A DNA stretch of 59,657 bases, counting the filler, from Sphacelaria rigidula (lineage: Eukaryota): the NCBI GenBank assembly GCA_964200075.2. It is 5 parts of 5 records of this genome, joined end to end, with 100 filler letters (N's around TTAATTAATTAA, not from the genome) between each part and the next. Parts side by side here need not be neighbours in the genome. Positions count along the whole stretch, not along the records: positions 11,955 to 23,808 come from CAXNAA020004421.1; positions 23,909 to 35,759 come from CAXNAA020004422.1; 3 more parts are not named here. One strand, given 5' to 3'. The translations under genes were made by a program, and so were the position numbers. Positions 23,306 through 35,859 of this stretch are shown piece by piece (position 1 is the stretch's first letter; each line of letters starts with the position of its first letter). The notes under the pieces were generated by a model. The model did no database searches and was not told the origin of the DNA. It worked only from the letters and a program-made list of their open reading frames with translations.

Positions 23306-23721
23306 TTCTACGGGAGGGGTGCAAATTTTCTTTCTAAGACTCTGCACTGTCGGAGTGTCTGGATGAAAAACATTTAGGCCTTCGTGTGCAGCCTCAGATC
23401 ACTTTTGGACTGAAAAGTGCACCCCTACCTACCGTAGATTTATCGCCAACGATAGGGTTTCGATAAATGTTTGAGCTCGGAAATGGTACCAATTGTAACT
23501 GACTATTAACATTATAACGGTAACAATGGTAATGGTTAGATGAAAAACGCGGATAATGGTTTCAAAGCACTATTTACCGTTATCGACTTTTGCCCTTGAA
23601 AATAGGCCCAAATTCAACGTATTTTCAAGCTATCGTGAAGCCACATAGCTTGTAAACGTACCCCCGGCACGGCGCCTCCAGCGGGACCCTCCGCGGGCGC
23701 GTCCGGCGGGCCCCCTCTGCC

Positions 23722-23983
23722 GGGGGGGGGGGGCGTGCTCATTTGTTGCTTGCTTTAGTCGTTTGACCATTGACCACGCATCCCTTTCGAGACGGAGCAC
23801 CGTTCCTANNNNNNNNNNNNNNNNNNNNNNNNNNNNNNNNNNNNNNNNNNNNTTAATTAATTAANNNNNNNNNNNNNNNNNNNNNNNNNNNNNNNNNNNN
23901 NNNNNNNNGGTGCTCCGTCTCGAAAGGGAGGCGTGGTCAATGGTCAAACGACTAGGGCAAGCAACAAATGAGTGCGCCCCCCC
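23722..23983. mobile_element. Two LINE family B 3' ends in opposite orientation either side of an assembly gap
   Basis: 23722-23808 (minus, after a G12 run) and 23909-23983 (plus, ending in C7). Confidence 0.85.
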
Positions 23984-24456
23984 TGCGAAAGTGGCTGCTT
24001 TTGGGACGCAAAGTCTACACGTAAATCGAAACGAAAGAAGCCGAGCACAAGGAGCAGCCGGGAATTCCCACGCTTGGGTTCCCTTTCGCCAATGTCGCCC
24101 ATATGAGACGCTTCATGCAGCCTGAAACGAAACATCAGGCGTTGTATGACCATCTGTTTTCGTGACAGTTTTGGGCTCGTTTTGGGCTCGTTTTGGGGGG
24201 TGGAGCTATTGTAGAAAGACTCGAAGATATCCTGGAACCGTCCCAACGAGTAGAGCAATTCATTCCGAGGTGTCAAACTCCGCCCACCTGTCTTTTAGGG
24301 CATAAAACGACGAAGAAGGGCCGAAAAAGCATTTGCCAAAGTGAAGAGCGACCTTACAAGCCCGGTTTCGGCGCTTGTGCTTTTTGCGTAGAGAACCTGT
24401 GGGGCATACTAAAACAAATTGGAACGGCATGTTTTTCATTTCCCCCCCTGAGTTAA

Positions 24457-24561
24457 CCCTTAGACCGCAATGCTGCTGGTAGTCGATCTGGCCCACGAAT
24501 ATTTTTTTCAAGTGAATATTGACGCCGATTCAGCAGATGACCTACCCTCGTGGTCAAGGGA
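24457..24561. mobile_element. Miniature piggyBac-like MITE
   Basis: TTAA|CCCTTAGACCGC ... GTGGTCAAGGGA|TTAA: TTAA TSD and CCCT-type ends. Confidence 0.6.
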
Positions 24562-25849
24562 TTAAGAACCTTTAGTTTAGTAAGGACCATTTTTTCGCGA
24601 GAACTCCCTCAACTCACGAGAAAAAATGCACGTTCACATTTTTGCTTCCATGCATGTCACCAGAGATCAGGTGGGAAAAAAGAAGGGGAGAAGTTTTGTG
24701 ACCGTCTTAGAAGAGTTCGTTTGAAAGGACCATTCATTCATTGCCAGAATGTTGTAAGCATAGATTGCAGAGATGGAAGTTTTTTACTGTGCTCTGGAAT
24801 CGGTTTGCGTGCGACAATCTCAAGCTCTATACTCAAACCAAGCGCGACTACCGACCACGACCACTAGAAGAACCTTACTATTTTATCAGAGCTATAGCTG
24901 GTGCATTCATCTTGCATGATGATGCTGGCGTTGACTCAAAGTGAGTCCGAAAGTGTGCGCACCCACTCGTGCACCCGAGCGTTCGATATCTTCAGGATTT
25001 GACAATGTGAGACACCACCAGCATTATCGTCATCATTTGCGAAGACCAGGTATTTAGATCTGATGCGTTGGAAATTTTCTCCGAAGTATCTGACTTCCAA
25101 CCTCGAAAGCGTGAGTACGTGAGTAAAGGAAATGCATGTGTAGTCAAGGGTCTGTCGAAAACATATCGCTAGACACGTAGGCCGCAAGATCGAAAGATCG
25201 AGTTTTTGAGGGGGGGGGGGGGGGGGGGGGACGCACCCAGCCTGCTGTTCGCTAGTTCTTTGTCGAGGCGTTGGCGGGTGCGGTCAGCTACCGTCTACAG
25301 AGATCCTTGTTGGCATGAAGACTGATGAAATAGCGGACACGCCACCCCCCAAGCTCATCACTTACCATGATTGCGTTCACGGGGGGATCATGTTCCGTGT
25401 CGTAGGCCTCGAGTACCTACAATACCAGTAGTCCGGGCAAGTTTGGTGAGGCGTGAGAGAAAGTTGCTCCTTTGGCTGCAGGCTGTCGCTACCGTGCGCT
25501 TGTGTGAATAAATGTGTGTGAGGGTGGCCGTTATCCGAGCGAGGTCATCAGGACAGTAGAGCGGGAAAGGAGCAGAAGTAAATATACAAATATACGAACC
25601 TCGCAAAGCCCACCAGACTTTTCGGGTTCTGTCAGTGTTTATTGATAAATTCCTTCAATAATATTAACAACAGCACAAAAAAGTCATGAAAATTTTCGAC
25701 AAAATGCCCTCCCTCCAGGAGTGGGGGGGGGGGGGGGAAGGGGGGGCGCCGTGTCCGAGAATCTTCTCCCGACAGGCCCTTGGTATAGTTTTGTTTCTTG
25801 TTTTGTTTTATTTTTTTCATACATATAAAGTAGCATTTGGCTGAATTGT

Positions 25850-26310
25850 TTTGATGAGAATTTACGCGGTGCGGGAGTGCTGACTCAATTCCGCGAGGAG
25901 ATCAAAATGCAAGGCGTGTATCGGGGAGAGATGGGTTGATCCGTCGAGACCACGGACAACAACGTTCTCGTGAGATCGAGAGTAGAGCGCTGATTGAGAA
26001 TGGGTTTGATTATTCGCTTTAACTTGGCCAATTTTTCACTCAGCGTGTGCTTTTATTTGCCTCCATCACTGGCGTGCGTGTGCTTGCAGCTACACGTCGA
26101 TATCCTGCTCAGGGATATCAAGGGCCTCAGTGGCAGGCAACGACAGGAAGCATATCGGGCCTCGCTGAGGGGCATTCCGGAACTGAAACGATTCATGCAC
26201 TAATTGTCCGCTTTTCACTCTCAATCGTATCCTCTACTCTCAACCTATCGAAAACGTTGTTGGACCCGTCTCGAGGAAGGGGAATGGTTTAGAGTGCGAC
26301 AAAAAAATGT
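25850..26310 (+). mobile_element. SINE family D 3' half, interrupted by MITE E
   Basis: 25850-25957 and 26262-26310 align contiguously with 42760-42915. Confidence 0.75.
25958..26261. mobile_element. MITE family E with a 4-bp TSD
   Basis: TIRs AACAACGTT(C/T)TCG...GAGAGTAGAG at both ends; GGAC duplicated (25954-57 and 26262-65); second copy at ~45286-45591. Confidence 0.8.
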
Positions 26311-26320
26311 AAGGTAGAAG

Positions 26321-26820
26321 CGGTGGCTCAGTACGTTGTTGGTAACCTCGAAACCTTCTTCCGGCGGTTTTGTCGTGGCGGGTTTGAATCTCGCAGAATT
26401 CACACGACCTGGGATTTTTCTCAAACCATGCCCAACCGTGGAGAGCGCCGACTGCGTCGTGGGTACAAAAAATCAACTTCGCGGTTGACGAGGGAAAGGA
26501 ATCGCTGAACCCCTCTCGCAATTAGAATAAGGCAAGCACCGCGTAAAAAATGAAGGTGGAGTACTAATAAAAAAAATCATCCTTTTGGAACCCATCGACG
26601 ATTTCTGTTGTTGTGAATCAGCATCATTTTCAGTCATTTTCAGGTCAAAATGATGCCGATTCACGAAAACAAAATCGTCAGTGGGTTCCAAAAAGTTTTA
26701 AACGTTCAAACGAACTTCTGTTTTTGCCTTCCCCCTGTGTGACCCCGGATGATGCGCCCGCAAATATCGAAAAGAAAGGTATAGACAGGCGTTCAGAATA
26801 GATGGGATGCCAATACAACT
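26321..26820 (+). mobile_element. Diverged SINE family A copy containing a ~115-bp hairpin insertion (26582-26695)
   Basis: Aligns with 984-1333 except for a palindromic insert TTTTGGAACCCA...TGGGTTCCAAAA. Confidence 0.75.
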
Positions 26821-27714
26821 ATATACACCAGGGTTGTATATCAACTACTAAATCACGGTTGATTTTGATTCAAAAGTTTATGTGATTTCAATCAACAATC
26901 ACATCAACACGTCGCTGATTTAGTTGAATTAAATAAACTGATCAACTTAAATCAATCAAGTCAAAATAACTTATGGGAGCGTTTGAAATTTTATTTTGCA
27001 ACAATTTCAGGAGAGTCTTTTTTTTCTTCTGTCATCATGGTGAACGGGCACAAAATACACAACTACGGCAAAGAAGAAAAAAAAGCACGTTTAAAATTAT
27101 TGCATAATAAAATTCTAAACGCTCCCATAAGAGTTGGCGTTAGTTGATTTTTTCCAGGAATAAAAGAAGCATCAACAACAAGAACGTTTTCTTTTTGCCT
27201 GCGGCGCAACCATTGGTCGACCGATATGTCTCTTCATCGACTCTCTTCTACTCCCGAAAAGACGCTAGCAACGACGAACATATAGCAGCACACAGCACAC
27301 ACACAGCATACCGCACGCCACGTAGCACCACACTCTAGCAGCATACTGAGGGTCACACGGAACTTGACACAAAGAGGGGCGCGGGCAAGGGCAAAACACG
27401 TGCTGCTGTAGGCAATAAGGACACCCCGGAGAGCCCTCTCCAGCGCCAGGGCAACACCGGAGGTGAAGGTCATACAGCCGACGCTGCCAATGTCGAGGAC
27501 GGAAGTTCCCCTGTCCTACCGAGGAAGAAGCCGAGATTGGCTATGTCGAAGAAGGACCAAATACTCACAGAATGGGGCCTTTACAAATATGAGATCGTGT
27601 CCGAGGAAGACGTGGCCAAGGAGGGCGGTGCTCTTGGGTGGTGCGGGCAAAGGCACAGCAGGTGTATCCCCACGTCGCCGTCCTAGCCCGCAAGTACCTT
27701 GCAGTACGAGCCTC

Positions 27715-27993
27715 CACATGCGGCCATTTGGCTACACCCCCAAATGCCTCCGGAGCGATGCGCGGCCCTCCAGGGGGAAAAGAAGCCTCCGGAGGCCTTC
27801 AATTCCTCTGGAGGAAACCAAACTCTACCGACCCGGAGAGCCGCGCACCCCTTCGGAGGCGTTTAATCCCTCTGGAGAAAACCAAAAAATCTTGGAGGGC
27901 CGCGCACCCCCCCGGAGGCGTTTACTACCTCTGGAGGCTCGAAAAGTTTACCCACCTGAAGGAATTTTGGAGGTAGCCAAATGGCCACGTGTG
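27715..27993. mobile_element. MITE inserted in the hAT transposase remnant
   Basis: TIRs CACA(T/C)G(C/T)GGCCATTTGGCTAC; splits the LAVRAS|SAACERVFS motif; internal CCTCTGGAG repeats. Confidence 0.8.
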
Positions 27994-28512
27994 CCATCTG
28001 CTGCGTGCGAACGTGTATTCTCTGTAGGCGGTCTTGTGGTAACGAAGACCCGAAACCGCCTCAGAGGGGATCGGGTAGCAGACAGATATCGTGTTTCTAC
28101 ACGAAATCATGAAACATGACCTCTGGTAGATATGACTTACTGCTGGGTCTGTCTGGAAAATTCACTACTGCTGTTCACATATTTACCTGTGGTATACTGT
28201 AGCGGGGGAGGGTGTCTTTAAGTACTGCTTTCAGGAAGCGGGGAGGGAAAGGAAAATTCGCGTGCATGTCGTATGGGTAAAGGCTGTTGCATCGCAACAT
28301 AGTACATCATGCATAGCTTGACGTGTTTTGTAGTGACATTCGCTTCGCATCAATATTTTTCCTCGTCAGCCACATCCACAACGCGACATCATAAAAACGG
28401 AGTAATGTATAATATGAGCTGGTAAAATTCAACAAGGAGGTTTATGTACGCGCGAGTGCAATCTGGGTCCTGCTTTCGTTTTTTTTGTCAAGACAGGTTT
28501 TCAGGCGTGCAG

Positions 28513-29061
28513 TAGTAGTGGGCGGTCTAACTATTCAGGGGTGTTTTGGGATTTTCCTCGCGTACTACCCTTCGATAGAACTCGAAATTGCTAGCGTCGG
28601 TAGTTTTTGGTACAACAAACAAATCATCCTCGAAACACAGTATCCAAGTTGGTGTGTTAGTTGGTGTTATCGGGCGATGCGAGTAAATTCCCCGTTCATC
28701 AGGAGGGTGTTATTGACAGTAAAACACAGTTTTTCGGCTCTAGTGTAATGAGTAGATATATATATATATTTTAAGTTTACATTCCTTCATAAATATGATC
28801 GGAACAGACTCGATTGACCGAAAATACCGAAGAGAAAGAATCTGGGCTGAAACGTGGCAGGACCCCCGATAACCGGTCAACCCGTAAGTGACTCAATATT
28901 GAGTGCAGACGATTTTCTTTCTTGGAATGTAGAGCGGATACAAATATCTTCAGATCTGCAATGTGATAACGGTGGCAAGCGAAAAGAGCCCAAGAAAATC
29001 GCCGATTACGAAAAAATAAAAATAAATGCCACAAAATGAAAAGTTAGACCGTCCACTACTG
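28513..29061. mobile_element. MITE family F (Tc1/mariner-like), nested in the hAT element
   Basis: TIRs AGTAGTGG(G/A)CGGTCTAACT; TA after the right end; homologous copy at 58034-58573. Confidence 0.8.
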
Positions 29062-30049
29062 TACATGTTTCATATTTGAGAGTGCTTCGAAGTAAAATAC
29101 AGCGGTAGTGCAGGAAGACGGGGCACTTGAGTACCGATGCAGCAGGTTGAGCTAAAAGATTGAACACAAGACTGCTGTGCTGCTGCTGTGGGCTCGCGTA
29201 TGCGTGCTCTTGTGCTCTATATTGTTACACGACAAAATTCAGCCGATTTTTGGCTTGTGTGCTGCTTAAATTCTACCGAAAAAAAACAACTAATCAAGTT
29301 AGTTGATGTAACTGACGTGTCGTTGATTAGTTGATTAAATCAGCTAATCATGAATAAATCAAGCCAATTTGGAAGAAAAAATCAAGTATCAAATCAACCC
29401 CTAAAAACAGTTGATATACAACCCTAATATGCACACACGAGCGCACACGCGCGCGCGCGCGCACTCACACCACCCTCGAAACTGTGCCCACTTTCCCCCG
29501 TTGTATCGCGGGTCTGAATGTACGGAAGGAGATCTAAATGAACGACGAGCAAATAAATAATATTGTCACCCCTTGTTTTTTTCTATTCAGTCATCACCCG
29601 ATTCGATTTTTGAGTCTCTGAAGTTGCTCGTTTTTGCGGGAGGCACACCAACAAAGAGGAACGGGTAGAGGGACGAGGAGATAGCGACGGCGAGAGAACG
29701 AGCGAACGAGGACCAAACGAGGAGAAAGGACAGGAAAATCAGGCACGCATTGATCTTTGGCGTCGGGAGGGGTTTGGGAGTTTGATTCCTCAGTTCAAAA
29801 CTGCTGATGGGGATAAAGGGATGTGTTTTGGCCAGACTTGGTCTAACAAGTACTACTGACTGTGCCAGCCGAAAACACCGAAACGATCCAGTCATCACAA
29901 GGCTGCTCACACAGCAACTGTCCCTGTATTAACCAAAGATGCAGAGGAAATGACAACGACAGCAGCAAGCAAGCGCGCGTGCATGTCTGTGCGTGCATAG
30001 ATCATGGAGGATGGCTGTTGTGATCCTGATTTGAATCGGTTGTGCGCCG

Positions 30050-31900
30050 GGGGGGGGGTGGCGGCGCCCAGGGTCATCATTTTTTCAACTCACTAAACGT
30101 TGTCATAATTTGCCCTCTTTTGACTGTAAAAAATTCGCACACGGCTTTGGGAGCAAGTCGTGCGTGGTGGCCCTGAAGCACCTGAGAAAGGGCGTACAAA
30201 CAACACTCATAACCAATGCATGTACAATGTACTATCGCCATGACGCACACCATACGATCGGTAAGGTCTCGTGCAAGCATCATGTGGTGGAATCATTGTG
30301 GCGCGTACTGCGCTACGCGAAAAGTTTTATTTTGTGTACGTGTAAGTTGGAGGCGCGTAGGGGCCGGGGTCATCCTTCGCTGTGCCTCGCAGACACAAAT
30401 CGCGTCATAATTTGGTAACAGGGGGTCTTCCCCATCGTTCAGCACGAAGCTCACATCGCACACGGTGGACAAAAGAAGCATGCATAAGCGAACCTTCTAG
30501 CGCTACTTGTCTCATCTTCGTGTCTATCCTCTTCGCGTTACTGTTTTTACCTCTGGTGGGGATGCGGACTCCTCTAAATTTACTCAGAGAAAAAAATCAC
30601 GATATTCTTCTGGAAAGCACAAAGCCCCGGTGATTCTTTTGAACTCCGTGCCCCGTGCCAGTGGGAGGTGCTCGCTACTCGCTCGAATGACGCGATAACC
30701 TGGCAAATATAATGAAACACTTTGTATACACTTTGTATAGTACAAGGCCTCCGATGACCATTTCGCAAACTGGGGAACTGAGGACATGCGGAGCCTGTGT
30801 ACGAGCGCGTTTCTTCTTGTGTCAAGTGGCACCGTGGACCGTGCTCGTGCCAGCACCTCGTATTTCTCACTGTTGTACAGGCTGTTCCGTATCCTGGTAT
30901 GTTGCAACAGAGCTGCCGCGTCTGTCTGTACGTACCGTCCTGCCTTTCCTGTACAGCAAGTCTGGTGCCTTGCCGTGGCCATACACCAGAAACAGCGTGA
31001 AAAGACCGAGGCGATTGGCAACGGCAAGGCACCAGACTTGCTGTTTTATTTACGCATCTGTGCCAGCTGACCATGGCGCAATTACTGACTGTATCTGCAT
31101 TCTACATTCCTGCACATTCCTGTACACTGGTTAAATTTGTGGCGTGGGATTGTTGATTGTTTGACAGCATCTGTCACTTCAAGCGCCTACTTTGTTGTGG
31201 TCGAGCAGAGTCTCTTCTTCCACACATGTGTTCCGATCCGCTGACGCTGCCACGTGCTATCACGTGTGTTAATCGTGAACGTCGATGGTCCCTCCAAACC
31301 AAAAATTATGACCTCCCACCGTTGGTACACAGTTTCAGCTCTGGCCTCGCCCCAACGCACCGGCAGCCTGTCGCATCATCTTCCTCCAACTCACGACGAA
31401 ATATACACGCACACCTCTTTTTTTATTCTTCGTCAGATTTTCTTCTCAGACCAATTTCCATGGGTTTCGAGAACATCCTTTTGAAAACTGCCTTTCGGGG
31501 GCTTCTCAGTCGTTTTACGCCCGAAAGGAGGGCTAGGTGGATGTCGACACCTTGGAATGACTTGCTACACTCGTTATGACCATTTCAGGGCAGCCGTACG
31601 TTTCCCGTTGCCCGCAGCTTTAGTTTTGGCGAAACTTGCATTTTCAATGTCAAGAACGGTCAGTTTCTGCGTGCAGTTGATGTCGCTGATCTTGTGTGTG
31701 GACTGGCGGTCTCAACCAACTCAACTGACTGGCTCCCAAAAGTGTACAGTTAACGTGCATTCGACACCTCCTGCAATATATCCTTAGCTGCCTTCATGGA
31801 GGATACTTCAACCGTCAGCAACGTGTTTGGTAGACCAACCTCGCCAAGTAAGTACCGACTGTAAGATCAAGTGATGTATTTCACCCACACCCAGTTCTTG
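30050..31900 (-). pseudogene. Stop-riddled coding remnant, possibly a MULE/MuDR-type transposase
   Basis: Protein-like minus-strand fragments (KYEVLARARSTVPLDTRRNALVHRLR; PTRGKNSN; DAICVCE, a possible SWIM start). The assignment is weak. Confidence 0.25.
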
Positions 31901-32639
31901 CAACTTGCCTCCCCGAATCGTGGATTAAGGAACCTGCCTCAGCTAGTCAAATATCAAATGACTTTGTTCGACTATACTGAGTTCACGTAACTTGCCCTCC
32001 CCCACTTCGATCAAGTGACTCGTTTTGTATAGGAATTAGTGCGGATATAGTTTCATTTAGGAGGTAGTACAGGGTATGCCCCCCTCGAGGGCCAAAAATG
32101 AATGAAGGGAGTGCGTCCGGAATTATGTATTTCGGGCCCCCCTGCATGTACGGAAGATACACCAAGCCTACCGTCGGGGTTCATCGGGATGAGAGATCGA
32201 AGCCCAGCACCCTCTTGCTTTTCTGACAGAGCGTGAAATTCACCTTCTGCGAAAAGTATTTGCCGCTGAATAAATATTCGAAACGCCATGACTTCGCTCT
32301 GCGACGAGTTCATACAGGAGTATAACGCGTGGCACGCCGCGTCGACGTAGTATTAGCTGCATCAATGTTTTCAAAACTCACAAACAAAATCTCTTGTGTG
32401 TCCCTCCCTTCTCCCCGAATTCTTTCTTGCCCCCGGTAACCCGAAAACGCAGGTTTCCAAGAAACCGCAACGACACCCACATCCACAACGCTCTCCAGGC
32501 CTTGCCCAGTACAGGCGACTCGCCTATTAGCGCAGAAAGACACAAGAAACACCATCGTCGCTTTCCACTTTTTCAACAAAGCACAGATTCCCAACGATAT
32601 ATTTTCGTCCACTTCTGCTCCGAAGCACAACTGGAAAAA

Positions 32640-35461
32640 ATGTCCGACAAGAACAACGTGGACAACATGGAGGTGGAGGTAGACGTTACAGGAACAGACG
32701 ATCCAGCGCCGCCCCTTGGGCCACCACCGACGGCACCAGAACCAGCACCGGCACCAGCACCAGCCGTCGCACCACCTGTCGTCCACCCCCCCCCGTCCCA
32801 CCCGTCAGCAGCACCGGCCCCGCCCGCCCAAGTCACCCCTCCCACTGCCGTGTCCGCCCTCCCGCCGCCGACGGCGGATGCAGCCGTTGCGCAGGCGCCT
32901 GCGCCTACCCCTTCTGCGGTCGCCACTTCTGCAACCCCGGCGACGCCTGCTGCGCAAGCGGCGTCGGCAGCGCAAGGGGCATCGGCACCACAAGTGATGT
33001 CTTCGACGCAAGCGGTGTCTTCGGCGCAGCAAGCGGTGTCGTCGGCGCCAATGGTGTCGTCGGCGCCAGCGGTGTCGGCTGCGCCAGCAGTGGCGCCAGC
33101 GCAAACGGTATCGTCGCAGCAAGTGGCGTCGGCGCATCAAGTAATGTCGGCGCAACAGGCAGAGGCAGCGCAGCACGCAGCGGCAGCGCAGCACGCGGCG
33201 GCAGCGCAGCATGCGGCAGCAGCGCAACACGCGGCGGCAGCGCAACACGCGGCGGCAGCGCAACACGCGGCGGCAGCGCAGCATGCGGCGGTAGCGCAGC
33301 ACGCAGCGGCGGCACAGCAAGGGGTATCGACGGAGCAGCAAGCGTCGGCTGCGCAGCAAGCGGTGTCGGCGGCGCAGCACGCGGTGGCAGCGCAGCAAGC
33401 GGTATCGGCGAGGCAGCACGCGGCGGCGGCTCAGCACGCGGCGGCGGCGCAGCAAGCGGTTTCGGCGGCGCAACAAGCGGTGTCAGCACAGCAAGCGGCG
33501 GCCGCGCAGCAAGCGGCAGCCGCGATAGTAATGTCTGAGGCCGTCACGGCTGCTCTTGCCACACCTGCTCCTATGGTATCCGTCGGCGCGTCACCCGCAC
33601 CTACATCAGCCCCCGCTCCCGTTCCCGGGGCGCCGCAAGCGGCTGTCGGGGTTGCGCCCCCCGCGACCGTCGGCCTGCCTGCCGTGCAGATCGCGGCGGC
33701 GCCTGCGGCGCCGCAGCCGCAACAGGCCGGGACGGCGAATTTCCTGGGCGCGGGGGGGGCGTCCGCGATGCCGACTGCCCCGACTTCCTCGGCCGTCGGC
33801 ATCGTGGCGAGCCCGCCTGGGGTGGCAGCAACTGTCCCGCAACACCACCAACAGCAGCACCACCACCAACAGCCCCCGCATAATCTGCAGCACCATCAGC
33901 ACCCCGGCCACCAGCACCCCGGCCACCAGCATCATGAGCACCACCAGCACCCGCACCACCCGCACCACCAGCCACAGCACCTCCAGCATCAGCTGCACCA
34001 TCAGCCTCAGCACGGCTTGCCCGGAGTAGGTTTGGGCATGATGACGAATCAGCCTTCATTGCTGCAGCCTCCGCCGGGTGGACCACTCGTTTGCCACCAC
34101 GAGGGGTGCATGACACCCGCCAAGTACGGCCCCAGAGGTGCGATTCCCGTACTATCTAGATGTAGGTAGAGGCCGGGGACGAGACACGAGGCGTGTGTGT
34201 ATTCATTTACGCGCCACATTATGGATGCTTGGTTTGAAAGGGCAGCGATCGTACCTCTGCCGTTGAGACTGGCGTTGTAACTCGTGATTTTTCGTGAGTA
34301 GGAACCACTTGTTGGCGAAACGTGGTCAGCCGTGGTTTATCGATGTTCGTTCCGGGATGGGGGGGGGCACGGGACGCCGAGGGCGTCGGAGTGAAAAGAC
34401 AATCATGTCGTTCAACTTCGGATCTGGAGCAGCCTACCACGCGTACTCTTGTCCATGAAAAATATATCTTGGTCCTATATGTCCCGTGGATTTCATACAA
34501 CCGTGTCGATTGAAAAACCGAGTTGTATTTTTTCGGTCTTGACGTACCTCCTTGACCGTTGAACCTCATTTGCCCCTTGAATCCTAACCCCAACGGCTGG
34601 ACAGGAAGCAAGAGGGGAGAGTACTGCCAGGTGCACGCTCCAGGAGCATTCGTGGACGTAAGCGGGAAGACTTGCGCGATGGAGGGCTGCAACACACACC
34701 CCAACTACGGTCACCCAGGTGATGTGTTGGAAGACGGTCATATTTGTTGGTGTGATTCCGCGCGGTTTCATCGTCATAGTGTTCGCTGTTAAAAGTATTG
34801 TCGTGCCAGTTCATTTGTTCTTGTTTCGTTCTGTTGTTCGTTACAGTAGTTTTTATTTTTTCAGTTACATATTCGTTTTTGTTGGTACACAGACATGAAG
34901 TGTCGCCTCGATTGGCGGCAGTCTAGTCTCACACTCGAAGCTACTCTGTATCTACGGTGGCTTCCTCCGCTCTTGCTATGGTTTTCATGTGTTCAGGGAC
35001 GATCAATATTCACTAGATTCGTTCATAATAGTGCATGTGCGCATCGGTGGTACAAGCGTAGCGCAGTGCAAGTGGAGTCGAATTTCGTGCAATATAGGGT
35101 TGTGGGCATGTCTGTTGTTGTCGATGCTGCTGTTTTTTTTTTCTTCTCGTTGATGTGCCAAGGATTCCACACCCTGGACAATAGGCTACATTGTCAAGAA
35201 GTGTACTGGGTACAGTATCGATTCCATCCTGTACACAAAACACCTTCTGACGAGGCAGTCTATTGTCCAGAGTATGAACAATTCGCCAAATGCACATAAC
35301 ACTAACGACAAACCGATGGTCGGACGAATAACTCAGGTAGCAAGAAACGGGAATTTTGCGCGAAGCACGCGTCTGCCGGGATGGTCAACCTCGCGCGCAA
35401 GAACTGTCAGCACCCCGGGTGCCCAAAGCGCCCCACTTACGGCAACCCCGGAGATAAAAAG
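32640..35461 (+). CDS. EsV-1-7 (Cys/His) repeat protein with a long Pro/Ala, (AQHAAA)n and His/Gln low-complexity N-terminus (3' end not found)
   Basis: ATG 32640; exons 32640-34137, 34605-34718 and 35337-35461 join in phase (1,1). They give CHHEGCMTPAKYGPRGSKRGEYCQVHAPGAFVDVSGKTCAMEGCNTHPNYGHPGSKKREFCAKHASAGMVNLARKNCQHPGCPKRPTYG, the C-x4-C...YG...C-x2-H...GMV pattern of EsV-1-7 repeats. Confidence 0.9.
35168..35275. mobile_element. Intronic hairpin/MITE
   Basis: CTGGACAATAGGCT...TGTCAAGAAGTGT pairs with ACACCTTCTGACGAGGCAGTCTATTGTCCAG. Confidence 0.65.
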
Positions 35462-35693
35462 GTGCGTGCTGTGGTAAAGGTGATTGCTGAGCTTCTTTTC
35501 TGCATCTCAACTGTTGGTTTCATCTTGACTGGAACGTGTTAAGGCACCCACGGCTTCGCCGATGGGATGTCAAGTGTACTCGTCGAACACGGCCGGATAT
35601 CTTCACGTACCCGGATGTAATCCGGATGTTCAGGGTAATCAGTTCATCCAGTATTACAAGGTAGACGGGGTATCGGTTGCCGAAAGTACTGAG

Positions 35694-35733
<40 letters not shown>

Positions 35734-35859
35734 CTTCACATTAAAAGCCGTTCCGATATNNNNNNNNNNNNNNNNNNNNNNNNNNNNNNNNNNNNNNNNN
35801 NNNTTAATTAATTAANNNNNNNNNNNNNNNNNNNNNNNNNNNNNNNNNNNNNNNNNNNN

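Larger units (their letters stand above)
26829..29426 (+). mobile_element. hAT-superfamily DNA transposon, internally deleted
   Basis: 18-bp TIRs (C/T)AGGGTTGTATATCAACT; 8-bp TSD ATATACAC/ATATGCAC; subterminal AATCAA repeats; remnant hAT C-terminal dimerization domain YPHVAVLARKYLAVRAS...SAACERVFSVGGLVVTKTRNRL at ~27630-28130. Confidence 0.92.

Noticed and set aside
32805..34116. Long Arg-rich and Pro/Leu-rich antisense and alternative-frame ORFs
   Set aside because: Shadows of the GC-rich Ala/Gln repeat exon.
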